Virus record (IMG/VR): IMGVR_UViG_3300022697_000076
Coordinates: 1 to 49,270 of that record
Strand: one strand, 5' to 3'
Length of the DNA: 49,270 nucleotides
Origin: a virus
Lineage: Duplodnaviria; Caudoviricetes
Both the position numbers and the translations under genes were made by a program. The notes under the pieces are model-generated. The model was not told where the DNA came from. It worked only from the letters and a program-made list of their open reading frames with translations, and searched no databases. The stretch's first letter is position 1, and every line of letters starts with the position of its first letter. Below are positions 35,180-43,908 of this stretch, in pieces.

Positions 35180-35446
35180 ATGGAGTATATCCAAATGCCT
35201 ACACCTAAATACAACAAACAAATACCAACATTAAACAAATCACTTATATTTAAACCTCAATTAACAGAGCATTTTATAATAGAGCTTGAAACTGATCCAA
35301 TAGAAGGTATTAAAATACCTGCTTATTTTATATCTGAATATGAATCAACTGTTAATATTCACCTTGCAACTAAGTTTCAATCAATTAACACAGCCCTACA
35401 ATTCAATCGTATAATTGAGGGTAGAATACAATCAATCTTTAATTAA
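35180..35446 (+). CDS. Hypothetical protein
   Basis: 88-aa ORF; second Met preceded by GGAG. Confidence 0.6.
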   Translation: MEYIQMPTPKYNKQIPTLNKSLIFKPQLTEHFIIELETDPIEGIKIPAYFISEYESTVNIHLATKFQSINTALQFNRIIEGRIQSIFN

Positions 35447-35473
35447 TCAAATCAAACTGGAGTTATAAAACAA

Positions 35474-35752
35474 ATGGCATCTATTAAACTATCATTAACT
35501 AAAGATAAACAACCACAACAACCACAAACAGTAAAATCATGTATATTTTGCGAGCATTGTTTATATAATGAACCAGTTTGGTATGGTACGTTAACTGGCG
35601 GAGATTCAGGTTATTTTGCTTGCTATGAAAATGATTCACAAAATATGATTGAAGAATCTGATTTATCTAATCTTGCAGGTTGGACACTTAAAGCTAATAC
35701 CTGTGAGCATTATCAATTAAGCGATGCAATCAAAAAGGAATTAAACATCTAA
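35474..35752 (+). CDS. Cys-rich hypothetical protein
   Basis: CIFCEHC...C...CEHY; GGAG RBS. Confidence 0.7.
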   Translation: MASIKLSLTKDKQPQQPQTVKSCIFCEHCLYNEPVWYGTLTGGDSGYFACYENDSQNMIEESDLSNLAGWTLKANTCEHYQLSDAIKKELNI

Positions 35753-35853
35753 TTAGGCTATTGCAAGTGATGAAATTTCATCACCGCGTTCCTAGCCTTG
35801 AACTTATTTACAGCTAACTTGCAATCAATCATCAACAACATGAGGTATTAACA

Positions 35854-35940
35854 ATGGATTTAATCACATTAGAATCAATAACCTACAGTTTAGTAGTAAT
35901 CGTAGCTATAGCATGGGCTTTATCATACCTAGAACATTAA
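35854..35940 (+). CDS. 28-aa single-transmembrane peptide (not in ORF track)
   Basis: GAGGT RBS; MDLITLESITYSLVVIVAIAWALSYLEH. Confidence 0.55.
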   Translation: MDLITLESITYSLVVIVAIAWALSYLEH

Positions 35941-35968
35941 TACTATTATAATCACTAATTGCAATGAT

Positions 35969-35992
35969 GGGGGGTATAAGCCCCCCTTTTTT
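35969..35992 (+). terminator. Rho-independent terminator
   Basis: GGGGGG-TATAAG-CCCCCC followed by T6. Confidence 0.8.
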
Positions 35993-36120
35993 AATTGGTC
36001 GCATTCGCTTATAAAAAGTCATCCTCTCATTAACAACTAAAATTTTTATAAAAAGATAGATTCCTAAATAAATATCATTGCAATTAGCTTTACTACTAAC
36101 AGAGGTAATGCAATCGAGTG

Positions 36121-36190
36121 TTGAAAATTACAACAAAGTTTAGCTATTTTGCATTCATACATTGAAATTACACAGTTTTTAGGCTATTAT
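36121..36190 (+). promoter_or_regulatory. Tandem sigma70-like promoters ahead of the packaging/structural operon
   Basis: TTGAAA-18-TATTTT (36121-36150) and TTGAAA-17-TATTAT (36162-36190) with similar spacers. Confidence 0.6.
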
Positions 36191-36241
36191 ATATAGTATG
36201 TTTATAAGTAAATGCGTTCAAAAAATAAGGAGGGTAAGAAA

Positions 36242-36784
36242 ATGATGTTAAATAAGTTGGCCAAGCTTGCCTATGACGGCGCTAGCACTAAATCGATAGC
36301 TCAATGTTTTAATGTAGAAGAAAGCCAGATACTTGAGGTTATCGATACTAAAGAGTACAAGCAGCAACTAGCTGAAATATCAGAAGAAAATGCAGAGAAA
36401 GCCCAACTTTTTGATCAAGGTTGGGATGGAGTTGAAGAATTTGCAATTAGTAATGTATTAGCTAATTTAAAAAACAACCCTGATCCAGAATTTGCATTAA
36501 AGGCGGCAAGTCTTGCAAATAAAGCAATTAGAAGGAATGGTAAAATGAAACAAAACACTCCAATACAAGTTAATCAAAACTTGCAGGCAGTTATTAATAT
36601 TCAACCTGCATTTGCTAAGACTCTTGAAGAAAACTACTTTGTTGAAGATGTTAGCAAGGTTAAGTTTGAAAAGAAGATTACAAATGCTTTAAATCCAACT
36701 GCAGTTAAGAATTTGCTAATGCCAGTAAGTAGAGCATATGCAGATGAGTTTTCTGTAGATGATGTTATACTTAATATAAACTAG
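36242..36784 (+). CDS. Probable terminase small subunit
   Basis: Start moved behind AAGGAGG; HTH-like N-terminus (TKSIAQCFNV); first gene of the late operon. Confidence 0.5.
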   Translation: MMLNKLAKLAYDGASTKSIAQCFNVEESQILEVIDTKEYKQQLAEISEENAEKAQLFDQGWDGVEEFAISNVLANLKNNPDPEFALKAASLANKAIRRNGKMKQNTPIQVNQNLQAVINIQPAFAKTLEENYFVEDVSKVKFEKKITNALNPTAVKNLLMPVSRAYADEFSVDDVILNIN

Positions 36785-36792
36785 GTTTAAGT

Positions 36793-37092
36793 ATGGCAGA
36801 TAAGGTAAAAATGAAATGGGTTACTATAAATGCAGATAATGTATTTAAGATATCCCAATCCGATGTGGTTCCCAGTGCAGAGGGGAGTATCTATTTTAGT
36901 GGAGATACCCCTGCAGGGGAGCTTACATTTGGTATTGCAGGACATGATAATAATTTTATTGCATTTCCAAATGGCAATTTTAATATAAGTAAAACATTAA
37001 AGCATGGATATGGGGTTGTTATACTTTGCAGATCAATTGGTATTGTAGCTGCAGGTAAAACTATTTACGTTGCATATGCAGGTATGAATTAA
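36793..37092 (+). CDS. Small beta-rich protein, possible capsid-vertex spike base
   Basis: 99 aa, beta-strand pattern, first gene of the inserted cassette. Confidence 0.5.
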   Translation: MADKVKMKWVTINADNVFKISQSDVVPSAEGSIYFSGDTPAGELTFGIAGHDNNFIAFPNGNFNISKTLKHGYGVVILCRSIGIVAAGKTIYVAYAGMN

Positions 37093-37116
37093 TTTAATTA
37101 TTCGGAGAGATAAAAC

Positions 37117-38754
37117 ATGGCAATTGGAGACGATTTTGCAATTAGTAGTGCAAAGATAATAAGTTATACTGGCACTACAGTTAATTACACAGTACTTGCA
37201 TTTCACAGATGGCTGCAAGATTTGGCAGATGATGCACAAGCTGTTGGTGATGACCTTGTAGATATCACATCTGATACTCCAACTGATAGAAGTACAGATA
37301 ACTTTATCACGCTTATTAATGGTTATACTATAACTGCAACTGCAATACAACATCTTTACGATGGTTCAATTGTGGAAGGCGGTGGAACTGATATTTGGGA
37401 TGGTATTGTAAATTATGGTACGCAGGGCATGCATTTTGAGATAATGCAAAATGGTGCATTGGCAACCAATTTTTGGACAACTGGATTGAATGCTGATGTA
37501 GGGCAAGGCATTAGTCATAGATTTTTAATTAAAGTTCGTTCTGGAGGCGCAGATATTGATGGCCGTAGATTGATTGGTATGAACAGAGAGTATGGTAATA
37601 CATACGGTGAGTTTAGTATTAACGGTACTGCAAGAGGAAATAACGTACTTGCATTAGTTGAGGTTAATGATTTAAATAATGCCACAATTGCAGCTACGGT
37701 TGCGACATGGACTACAATAACTAATACAGAAGGTTATAGATTAATTGATGTAAATAATGATGCCACGGATGAAGCTTATTATAGTGAATGGAATAGAGAT
37801 ACATTTACAATTAATCAATTTACAGAGCGTATGAAATGGTTGACACGGCGAGGAACGGCAAGTACTTTATACGGTCTTGCAGCTGATTTATTTAGAGGTG
37901 TCACACATGAAATCGACGTAGATACCCCTACAGGCACATTTAGTGCAGTTGAAGCTGTTAGTTGGACTGGCGGTACTGGGCAGATGTTTGCAATTAATAG
38001 CCCCACAGCAGCCACTAAAATGTGGATACAATTATTAACTGGAGTTGTTCCTACAGATGGGTTAGTTATAACTGGTGGAACATCCTCTGCAACGGTAGCT
38101 ATGAATGTTACAATAACAGACCGTACTCTATCCTATCCATTCTTTGGTCAAACAACAGGCTCTGCAATACGTGGTGCATATGGATTTGGTCTTGAATCTG
38201 CAGATTTAGCTGCAACTGACCAAGTAACTGATCTTACAGATACTGTTATTAACCCCCCAAATAATGTTACATTTACAGTTAATGGCTTAGTTAGTACAGA
38301 AGACAGATTACTATTAGGCCCAGAAGCTGCTGGCACGTTCAATAAAACACAGTTCATTTTAAGTGTAACTCTAAGTGGTGCAACTGAAACAGCTGTAGTT
38401 AGTACAACTGCAATACCTTCTGATACTCCTGCAACTGGCACTATAAGAATAATACTAGATAGCGGCATTGAGCGTAGAATTGCATATACAAGTTTTACTG
38501 GCAGCACATTTACAATTGCAAGTACTGATTTTAGTACTGATAATGCCACTAGCACAAACAATATGTATTTAGGCTATATTGATAAGCTTGCAGCAGCCAC
38601 AAGTGAGGCTGTAACTTGGGTTTATTCATCTGATAGAGCTTTATTTGTTAGAGCAAGAGATGGGGGCGGCACTCCAATTAAAACGTTTGAATCACCTGCA
38701 ACAATGGGTACAAATGGCGGCAGCATTACAATCATTCGTACACCGGATGCCTAA
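37117..38754 (+). CDS. Thr/Gly-rich putative virion appendage protein
   Basis: 545 aa, beta-rich, GGAGA RBS. Confidence 0.65.
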   Translation: MAIGDDFAISSAKIISYTGTTVNYTVLAFHRWLQDLADDAQAVGDDLVDITSDTPTDRSTDNFITLINGYTITATAIQHLYDGSIVEGGGTDIWDGIVNYGTQGMHFEIMQNGALATNFWTTGLNADVGQGISHRFLIKVRSGGADIDGRRLIGMNREYGNTYGEFSINGTARGNNVLALVEVNDLNNATIAATVATWTTITNTEGYRLIDVNNDATDEAYYSEWNRDTFTINQFTERMKWLTRRGTASTLYGLAADLFRGVTHEIDVDTPTGTFSAVEAVSWTGGTGQMFAINSPTAATKMWIQLLTGVVPTDGLVITGGTSSATVAMNVTITDRTLSYPFFGQTTGSAIRGAYGFGLESADLAATDQVTDLTDTVINPPNNVTFTVNGLVSTEDRLLLGPEAAGTFNKTQFILSVTLSGATETAVVSTTAIPSDTPATGTIRIILDSGIERRIAYTSFTGSTFTIASTDFSTDNATSTNNMYLGYIDKLAAATSEAVTWVYSSDRALFVRARDGGGTPIKTFESPATMGTNGGSITIIRTPDA

Positions 38755-40649
38755 TGGCAGGCGTACCTGTAATAAGAAGTGGTCCAGTAGCTTCTATAGT
38801 TAGTAGTGCATTTGACACTGCAACAACACCTGCAGATGACTCTTTAACTTTAGCTGGCACTGTAAAGGACGGTTTTCCAAAAGCGGCGGCATTTTTAATT
38901 TTTTCATCAGGATTCCAGTCTAATGCAGATCAATTTACATCGGCGGGGTCTATTATTGCAGGTAATACTCTTAGTGTTGCAATGTCAGATGATACAGTTA
39001 AAGGACCGTTTCATTGTAGCGCAATTAGTCAGGTTGTAGGCCCTTTAGGTGCTTCTGCAGATGCTGTGTCACTATACTTTGAAGATGGCACAAATGGAGG
39101 TTATCGTGACTTTAGAAGTAATACCGATTATAGGGGAGATTATATACAAGCTATAGGTTGCCCATCAGACACTCCAGATAATGGGTCTGCTTTATCACTC
39201 ACTGCAACTTTAACTCATGCAGGGCTATATTTTCTTGCAACTGTAGGTGGTGAATCAATGTTTGAGTCATACGCTACTGCAATCAGTTGGTGTGGTAGAG
39301 AGATTCAAGTTGATGGTGGAACTAGTACTCCAGGGAGTGAGATTGACTTTAATAGCATCTCATTGCGAGATAGATTAACAACTAGATCAACTGTTGCCCC
39401 TATCACAGGTCAATTTTATGGGCATGTAACTGCAGAATCAGGAATAATATCACTTAGAGCGCCATTGCAATTAGGTGATGATGGCAGTACCAATAATACA
39501 TACTTCTTAGATACAAATACATTTTGCTTATGGGCAGATGGCCCAGTTAATACAAAGTTTTATAGAATTGATATTACAAAGAATGGGGCTAGCTCAACTT
39601 GCACTGTAATTTGGGGGGACTCAACAACACCTGCACCTGTTACAATTGATGTTGCAGGGTCTACTTTAAGATGGGCTTTATTTACAGCTGGAGCGGCAGC
39701 AGATGAGCCAACTGAATTTTCAGCTTATGGTTGTACATTAAAGCGCGGTAGAGCATGGGAATTAGGTAGCACAACCACACTTGATGGTGGTGTATTGCAG
39801 GACATTACTGATATCACAATGGATGTGGATGCAGAAATACTTAATATGCAAATGATAGATGTAAAGTTGATCTATGGCTTGCCTCCTGTTGCAGGACAAT
39901 TGACAGGAAGTACATTTAGCAGTCCATCTACTTTTTGTATGACAGTTGCAACACAAACTGCAAATATGACTGTTGATTATGAATTTGACTCTACTTGTCG
40001 TGGAGCAGGACTTGCAATTGAATTTACACACGCATCTGGCAATATATTAATAACCGCAAGTGCAGGGTTTTATCAACCAGTTGCAGCTGATGTTACTGTT
40101 ACTGGTGCAGGCACTGTTAGTTTTCCAGCAGGGACTCCAGTTACAACAGCAGTTAAAACTATAGATAGTCTTGGGGCTAATGTAGCAAGTGTAAGGGTTA
40201 TTATAAGGGCTATTACGGGTGGTGGGTTACCTGTGAATGCAAGTGTTACTATAACTCGTGTTACAACAGTTGCCACAGTTGCTCATACAGCTCATGGTAT
40301 GATAGTGGGTGATAAATTTGATTTAGATGGTATTACAGATAAAGTTGGAGATAATACTGTACAAACAATTGTTACTGTACCAAATGCAAACAGTTATACA
40401 TATACTACAACAAATAGTGGTAGTACAAGTTATACAGGCACTATCACAAGTACATTTGTGGCATTGGATGGAGTAACAGACGCAAGTGGGGATTTAAGTG
40501 CAAGTAGAGTTTATGGAACTGCGCAGCCAATTAAAGGTGTTGCTAGAAAGAGTACTGCAACCCCATTTTTTAAAGAGTCTGGGATACCGGGTACAATAAG
40601 CACTACTGCAGGATATAATCAAACAGTAACAATGATAAGTGACGAATAA
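38754..40649 (+). CDS. Thr/Gly-rich putative virion appendage protein
   Basis: 631 aa; beta-helix-like middle; TAHGMIVGD small-barrel motif seen in phage tail proteins. Confidence 0.65.
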   Translation: MAGVPVIRSGPVASIVSSAFDTATTPADDSLTLAGTVKDGFPKAAAFLIFSSGFQSNADQFTSAGSIIAGNTLSVAMSDDTVKGPFHCSAISQVVGPLGASADAVSLYFEDGTNGGYRDFRSNTDYRGDYIQAIGCPSDTPDNGSALSLTATLTHAGLYFLATVGGESMFESYATAISWCGREIQVDGGTSTPGSEIDFNSISLRDRLTTRSTVAPITGQFYGHVTAESGIISLRAPLQLGDDGSTNNTYFLDTNTFCLWADGPVNTKFYRIDITKNGASSTCTVIWGDSTTPAPVTIDVAGSTLRWALFTAGAAADEPTEFSAYGCTLKRGRAWELGSTTTLDGGVLQDITDITMDVDAEILNMQMIDVKLIYGLPPVAGQLTGSTFSSPSTFCMTVATQTANMTVDYEFDSTCRGAGLAIEFTHASGNILITASAGFYQPVAADVTVTGAGTVSFPAGTPVTTAVKTIDSLGANVASVRVIIRAITGGGLPVNASVTITRVTTVATVAHTAHGMIVGDKFDLDGITDKVGDNTVQTIVTVPNANSYTYTTTNSGSTSYTGTITSTFVALDGVTDASGDLSASRVYGTAQPIKGVARKSTATPFFKESGIPGTISTTAGYNQTVTMISDE

Positions 40650-40676
40650 TATTAATATAAAACAGGAGAATATTAT

Positions 40677-40988
40677 ATGTTGTTAAACTTAAAAGTAGGA
40701 GATACAAATGAAGCACAGCAAACCAAAACCATCGAAAATACCGAAGCCTACAAAGCGGGGAAGGTAGAAAAACGCCCCATGGACTATGTTGAAAAAGCGT
40801 TATTGCAAAACCAAAAAGCAATTGCCCAAACAATATCTGATATGGAAAATAGGTACACAAAATCACTTGGAGAGTTTATAAACTTTAATGCAACTCTTAA
40901 TAATCGTGTTCATGCAATGGAAATGCAAATGCAGTCAATGCAAGTTAGATTAGCACAACTACAAGGTCATGGAGCTACTGCAAAATAA
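40677..40988 (+). CDS. Coiled-coil protein, possible assembly chaperone
   Basis: 103 aa, heptad C-terminal half, AGGAG RBS. Confidence 0.55.
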   Translation: MLLNLKVGDTNEAQQTKTIENTEAYKAGKVEKRPMDYVEKALLQNQKAIAQTISDMENRYTKSLGEFINFNATLNNRVHAMEMQMQSMQVRLAQLQGHGATAK

Positions 40989-42268
40989 TGGCATTAACTG
41001 TAGACTATGCAACAAAAATATTTACTATTTTAAAAGCAGATATGACTCTGTTGCAAAGTATACCGACAGTTATTTATGAGTTAGATTTAGTTGCATTACG
41101 TGCAGAAATGAAAGCCCTTACAGATAATGAGATTGGAATCAGTTATGATGATTCTCATGAATGGTTTCCGTCTCAAACTGTAGGTGGTGTTCAATTGGCT
41201 CCTGTATTTGTTATGATAAATGGATATACAGTTACATTTGAAGACGGGCAGCACGCGGTCAATTTTAGAGGTGCAAATACTAATTTGCAAGATGTTGTTA
41301 ATGTAAATCAAGTTAGTATTAGGCCAAGCAATAGTGCAGGTTTGGTTCAAACAAGTGAGATTGAATTTATATTGTTTGATGGAGCTGTAACTATTGACCA
41401 AAATAATACTACTGGTAATGCTGTTGCAGGACAGGCAAATCCAATTGGCACTCATTTGAAGCCTGTTAATAATATTACAGATGCTATTTTTATAATGAAT
41501 TTACGTGGGTTTAATAAACTACGTGTATTAGGTAATTTATCCATAGCTGCAACTGATGTATTAGATGATTTAACTATAATTGGAGATAATCCAAGTCAAA
41601 CAACTATAACATTTACTGCGGGTTGTAGCACTAAAAAGGCTAGATTTTTACAGGCTGAATTGGTAGACACTCTTGCAGGTGCATTAGAAATAGAAGATTG
41701 TCATATTGAAGGTTTAAACGGTATTGGTGGGGATTTGAGTGAAACTAATATTTCTAACTGTATATTAGAAACTGCAGGTTTGCAATTAAGCACTGTTAAT
41801 ACACAACACGTTCATATTACTAATTGCAGAACTGGCCCGCCAGATAATGTATTTGTTCCCATTGACTTTAATGGAACTGGGGGTGATGTTACTATTGCCC
41901 AGTTTAATGGTCAGATTGAAGTGCAAAATATGACTAATGGCCAGAACATGAAAATCTATATAAATAGTGGTAGAGTTAGAATTGCAGCTAGTTGTACAAG
42001 TGGAACCATACATGTTCATGGAGACGCTGATGTAACTGATTTAAGTGGCGTTGGTGTTATAGTTGTAGATAGAACTATAAGTACCATGTTAAATGTACTT
42101 AAAAAGATACTAATTAATAAGAAAATAAGTGACCCATCAACAGGTTTAGTAACTATATTTGATGATGATGATATAACAGCTTTATTTAGTGGAACTGCAT
42201 ATGAGGATATTGCGGCCTTGCAAACATACCAAGGTCAAGGTGCAGACAGACAGGATAGGTTAACTTAG
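40988..42268 (+). CDS. Putative virion appendage protein with beta-helix-like domain
   Basis: 426 aa; GTHLKPVNNITDA cap followed by IxNC/IEDC repeats. Confidence 0.65.
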   Translation: MALTVDYATKIFTILKADMTLLQSIPTVIYELDLVALRAEMKALTDNEIGISYDDSHEWFPSQTVGGVQLAPVFVMINGYTVTFEDGQHAVNFRGANTNLQDVVNVNQVSIRPSNSAGLVQTSEIEFILFDGAVTIDQNNTTGNAVAGQANPIGTHLKPVNNITDAIFIMNLRGFNKLRVLGNLSIAATDVLDDLTIIGDNPSQTTITFTAGCSTKKARFLQAELVDTLAGALEIEDCHIEGLNGIGGDLSETNISNCILETAGLQLSTVNTQHVHITNCRTGPPDNVFVPIDFNGTGGDVTIAQFNGQIEVQNMTNGQNMKIYINSGRVRIAASCTSGTIHVHGDADVTDLSGVGVIVVDRTISTMLNVLKKILINKKISDPSTGLVTIFDDDDITALFSGTAYEDIAALQTYQGQGADRQDRLT

Positions 42269-42269
42269 T

Positions 42270-42437
42270 ATGATTGCAACTAGAGGTATAGGTAGAAATA
42301 CAGCTACAGGTGAACACGGCAATATGGTGTTTTTTGGCTATGGGTTTCGTGCAGGCGTTATTATACCCCCTATATTTGGTGTTATAATAGGTAATATAGT
42401 ACGTAGTATAGTTGGTAATATAGTGAGAGATTATTAA
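42270..42437 (+). CDS. 55-aa peptide with GNIVR repeats (not in ORF track)
   Basis: MIATRGIG...IIGNIVRSIVGNIVRDY fills the gap between the 426-aa gene and TerL exactly. Confidence 0.65.
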   Translation: MIATRGIGRNTATGEHGNMVFFGYGFRAGVIIPPIFGVIIGNIVRSIVGNIVRDY

Positions 42438-42439
42438 AT

Positions 42440-43897
42440 ATGCAACCGGTTAGAATGTCTATAGAGGATATGCGCAAATCATTAAAACATGATGCAAGGT
42501 TCTTTATTAACTTCTTTTTGGGTGATTTATTAACAGTTCCTGTACCTGACTTGCACCCAGAATTATTTAACCTAATGACAGAGGATAGTATTAAGCAATT
42601 GATATTGGCTGTTCCACGAGGTCATGCAAAGACAACAATCGCAAAATTAACAGCAGTTTATTACTTTCTATTTACAGACTATAAATATATACTATACATG
42701 AGTAATACAAGTAGTGTATCCGTTCCATGTGTAAATGATGTGGTTGGATTTTTAACTTGTGATAACTTTGTTAATGTATTTGGTGAAGTTAAATTTAGTA
42801 CACAACAAGAAGGTAAGGGGAAGTATAAATTCACTTTGCCAAATGGTAAAAAATGCACCTTGCTAGCATTCTCTGCAGGTCAACAAGTTCGGGGCACGAA
42901 CATAGATAATACAAGACCTCAATTAATAATAGTTGATGATTTGGAAGATAACGATAACATCGCTACAAAGGAACTTGCAGATAAATTAAAACGTTGGTTT
43001 TACGGTCCATTTAAAAAATGTACAGACCCATTAAAGAATAAATGGATTTGGATTGGAAATTTGATATCTGAAAATAGTATGTTGTATAGTAACATTAAAT
43101 CAGATTTTTGGCATAGTAGATTATATGGGTGTATCAAAGAAGACGGGCAGCCTTTATGGGAAGGGTTATGGCCTATGGATGCATTAAAGCAAGATTATGC
43201 TGAGTACGAAGAGATTGGCATGGCAGATGTTTGGTTTGCAGAGATGATGAATATGCCTATGGCAGGTATTGATGGTATCATACAAGCTGAAGAAATCACA
43301 TATGCACCACGTATGGAAATGAATGATAGTAAGATTGGGTTTATTACAATTGATCTTGCAAATAGTGAAGAAAGTTGGGCGCACGAAACAGTCATTGCAG
43401 TTCATATGTATGACGAGGATGGAGAGTTTTGGCAGATAGTCCAAACAGAAGGTTATAAAGGAATGGATCCAGTTAAGCTGTTTCCACTTATGATGCAAGC
43501 AGCACAAGATTGGGGCATATATGTAGTAGGAATTGAAAACGTTGCATATCAAGCTACTGTAGCTCCTGTTTGGGAGCATTTTTGTTTAATAGATAATATA
43601 CAAGGAATGCAGTTTGTGGGTATACCTGCTAGGAGTCAAAAATTTGCAAGATTAGTTTTATGGTGCGGGCTTTTAAAAACTGCAGCTTATAGATTGACAC
43701 AAGGGGATTTTGCAGTAACTCAGCAGCTATTAGGTTACAACCCTAAAAAGAAAGAGAATACAGATGATACTATTGATGCCTGTGCGCATGGTATTTGGAT
43801 GATTCGCAATATGACTTATCAAATATTTAATCAAAGATTAGAAAGTAAATATGGCTTAGCTAAGATTCAAAGTAGCTATGAAACTAGTAGATATTAA
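42440..43897 (+). CDS. terL: Terminase large subunit
   Basis: Walker A PRGHAKTT, Walker B IIVDDLED, nuclease motifs TIDLA and DDTIDA. Confidence 0.93.
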   Translation: MQPVRMSIEDMRKSLKHDARFFINFFLGDLLTVPVPDLHPELFNLMTEDSIKQLILAVPRGHAKTTIAKLTAVYYFLFTDYKYILYMSNTSSVSVPCVNDVVGFLTCDNFVNVFGEVKFSTQQEGKGKYKFTLPNGKKCTLLAFSAGQQVRGTNIDNTRPQLIIVDDLEDNDNIATKELADKLKRWFYGPFKKCTDPLKNKWIWIGNLISENSMLYSNIKSDFWHSRLYGCIKEDGQPLWEGLWPMDALKQDYAEYEEIGMADVWFAEMMNMPMAGIDGIIQAEEITYAPRMEMNDSKIGFITIDLANSEESWAHETVIAVHMYDEDGEFWQIVQTEGYKGMDPVKLFPLMMQAAQDWGIYVVGIENVAYQATVAPVWEHFCLIDNIQGMQFVGIPARSQKFARLVLWCGLLKTAAYRLTQGDFAVTQQLLGYNPKKKENTDDTIDACAHGIWMIRNMTYQIFNQRLESKYGLAKIQSSYETSRY

Positions 43898-43908
43898 AGG
43901 ACATTGCA

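Noticed and set aside
35767-35784. CRP site
   Set aside because: GTGA-N10-TCAC spacing does not fit TGTGA-N6-TCACA
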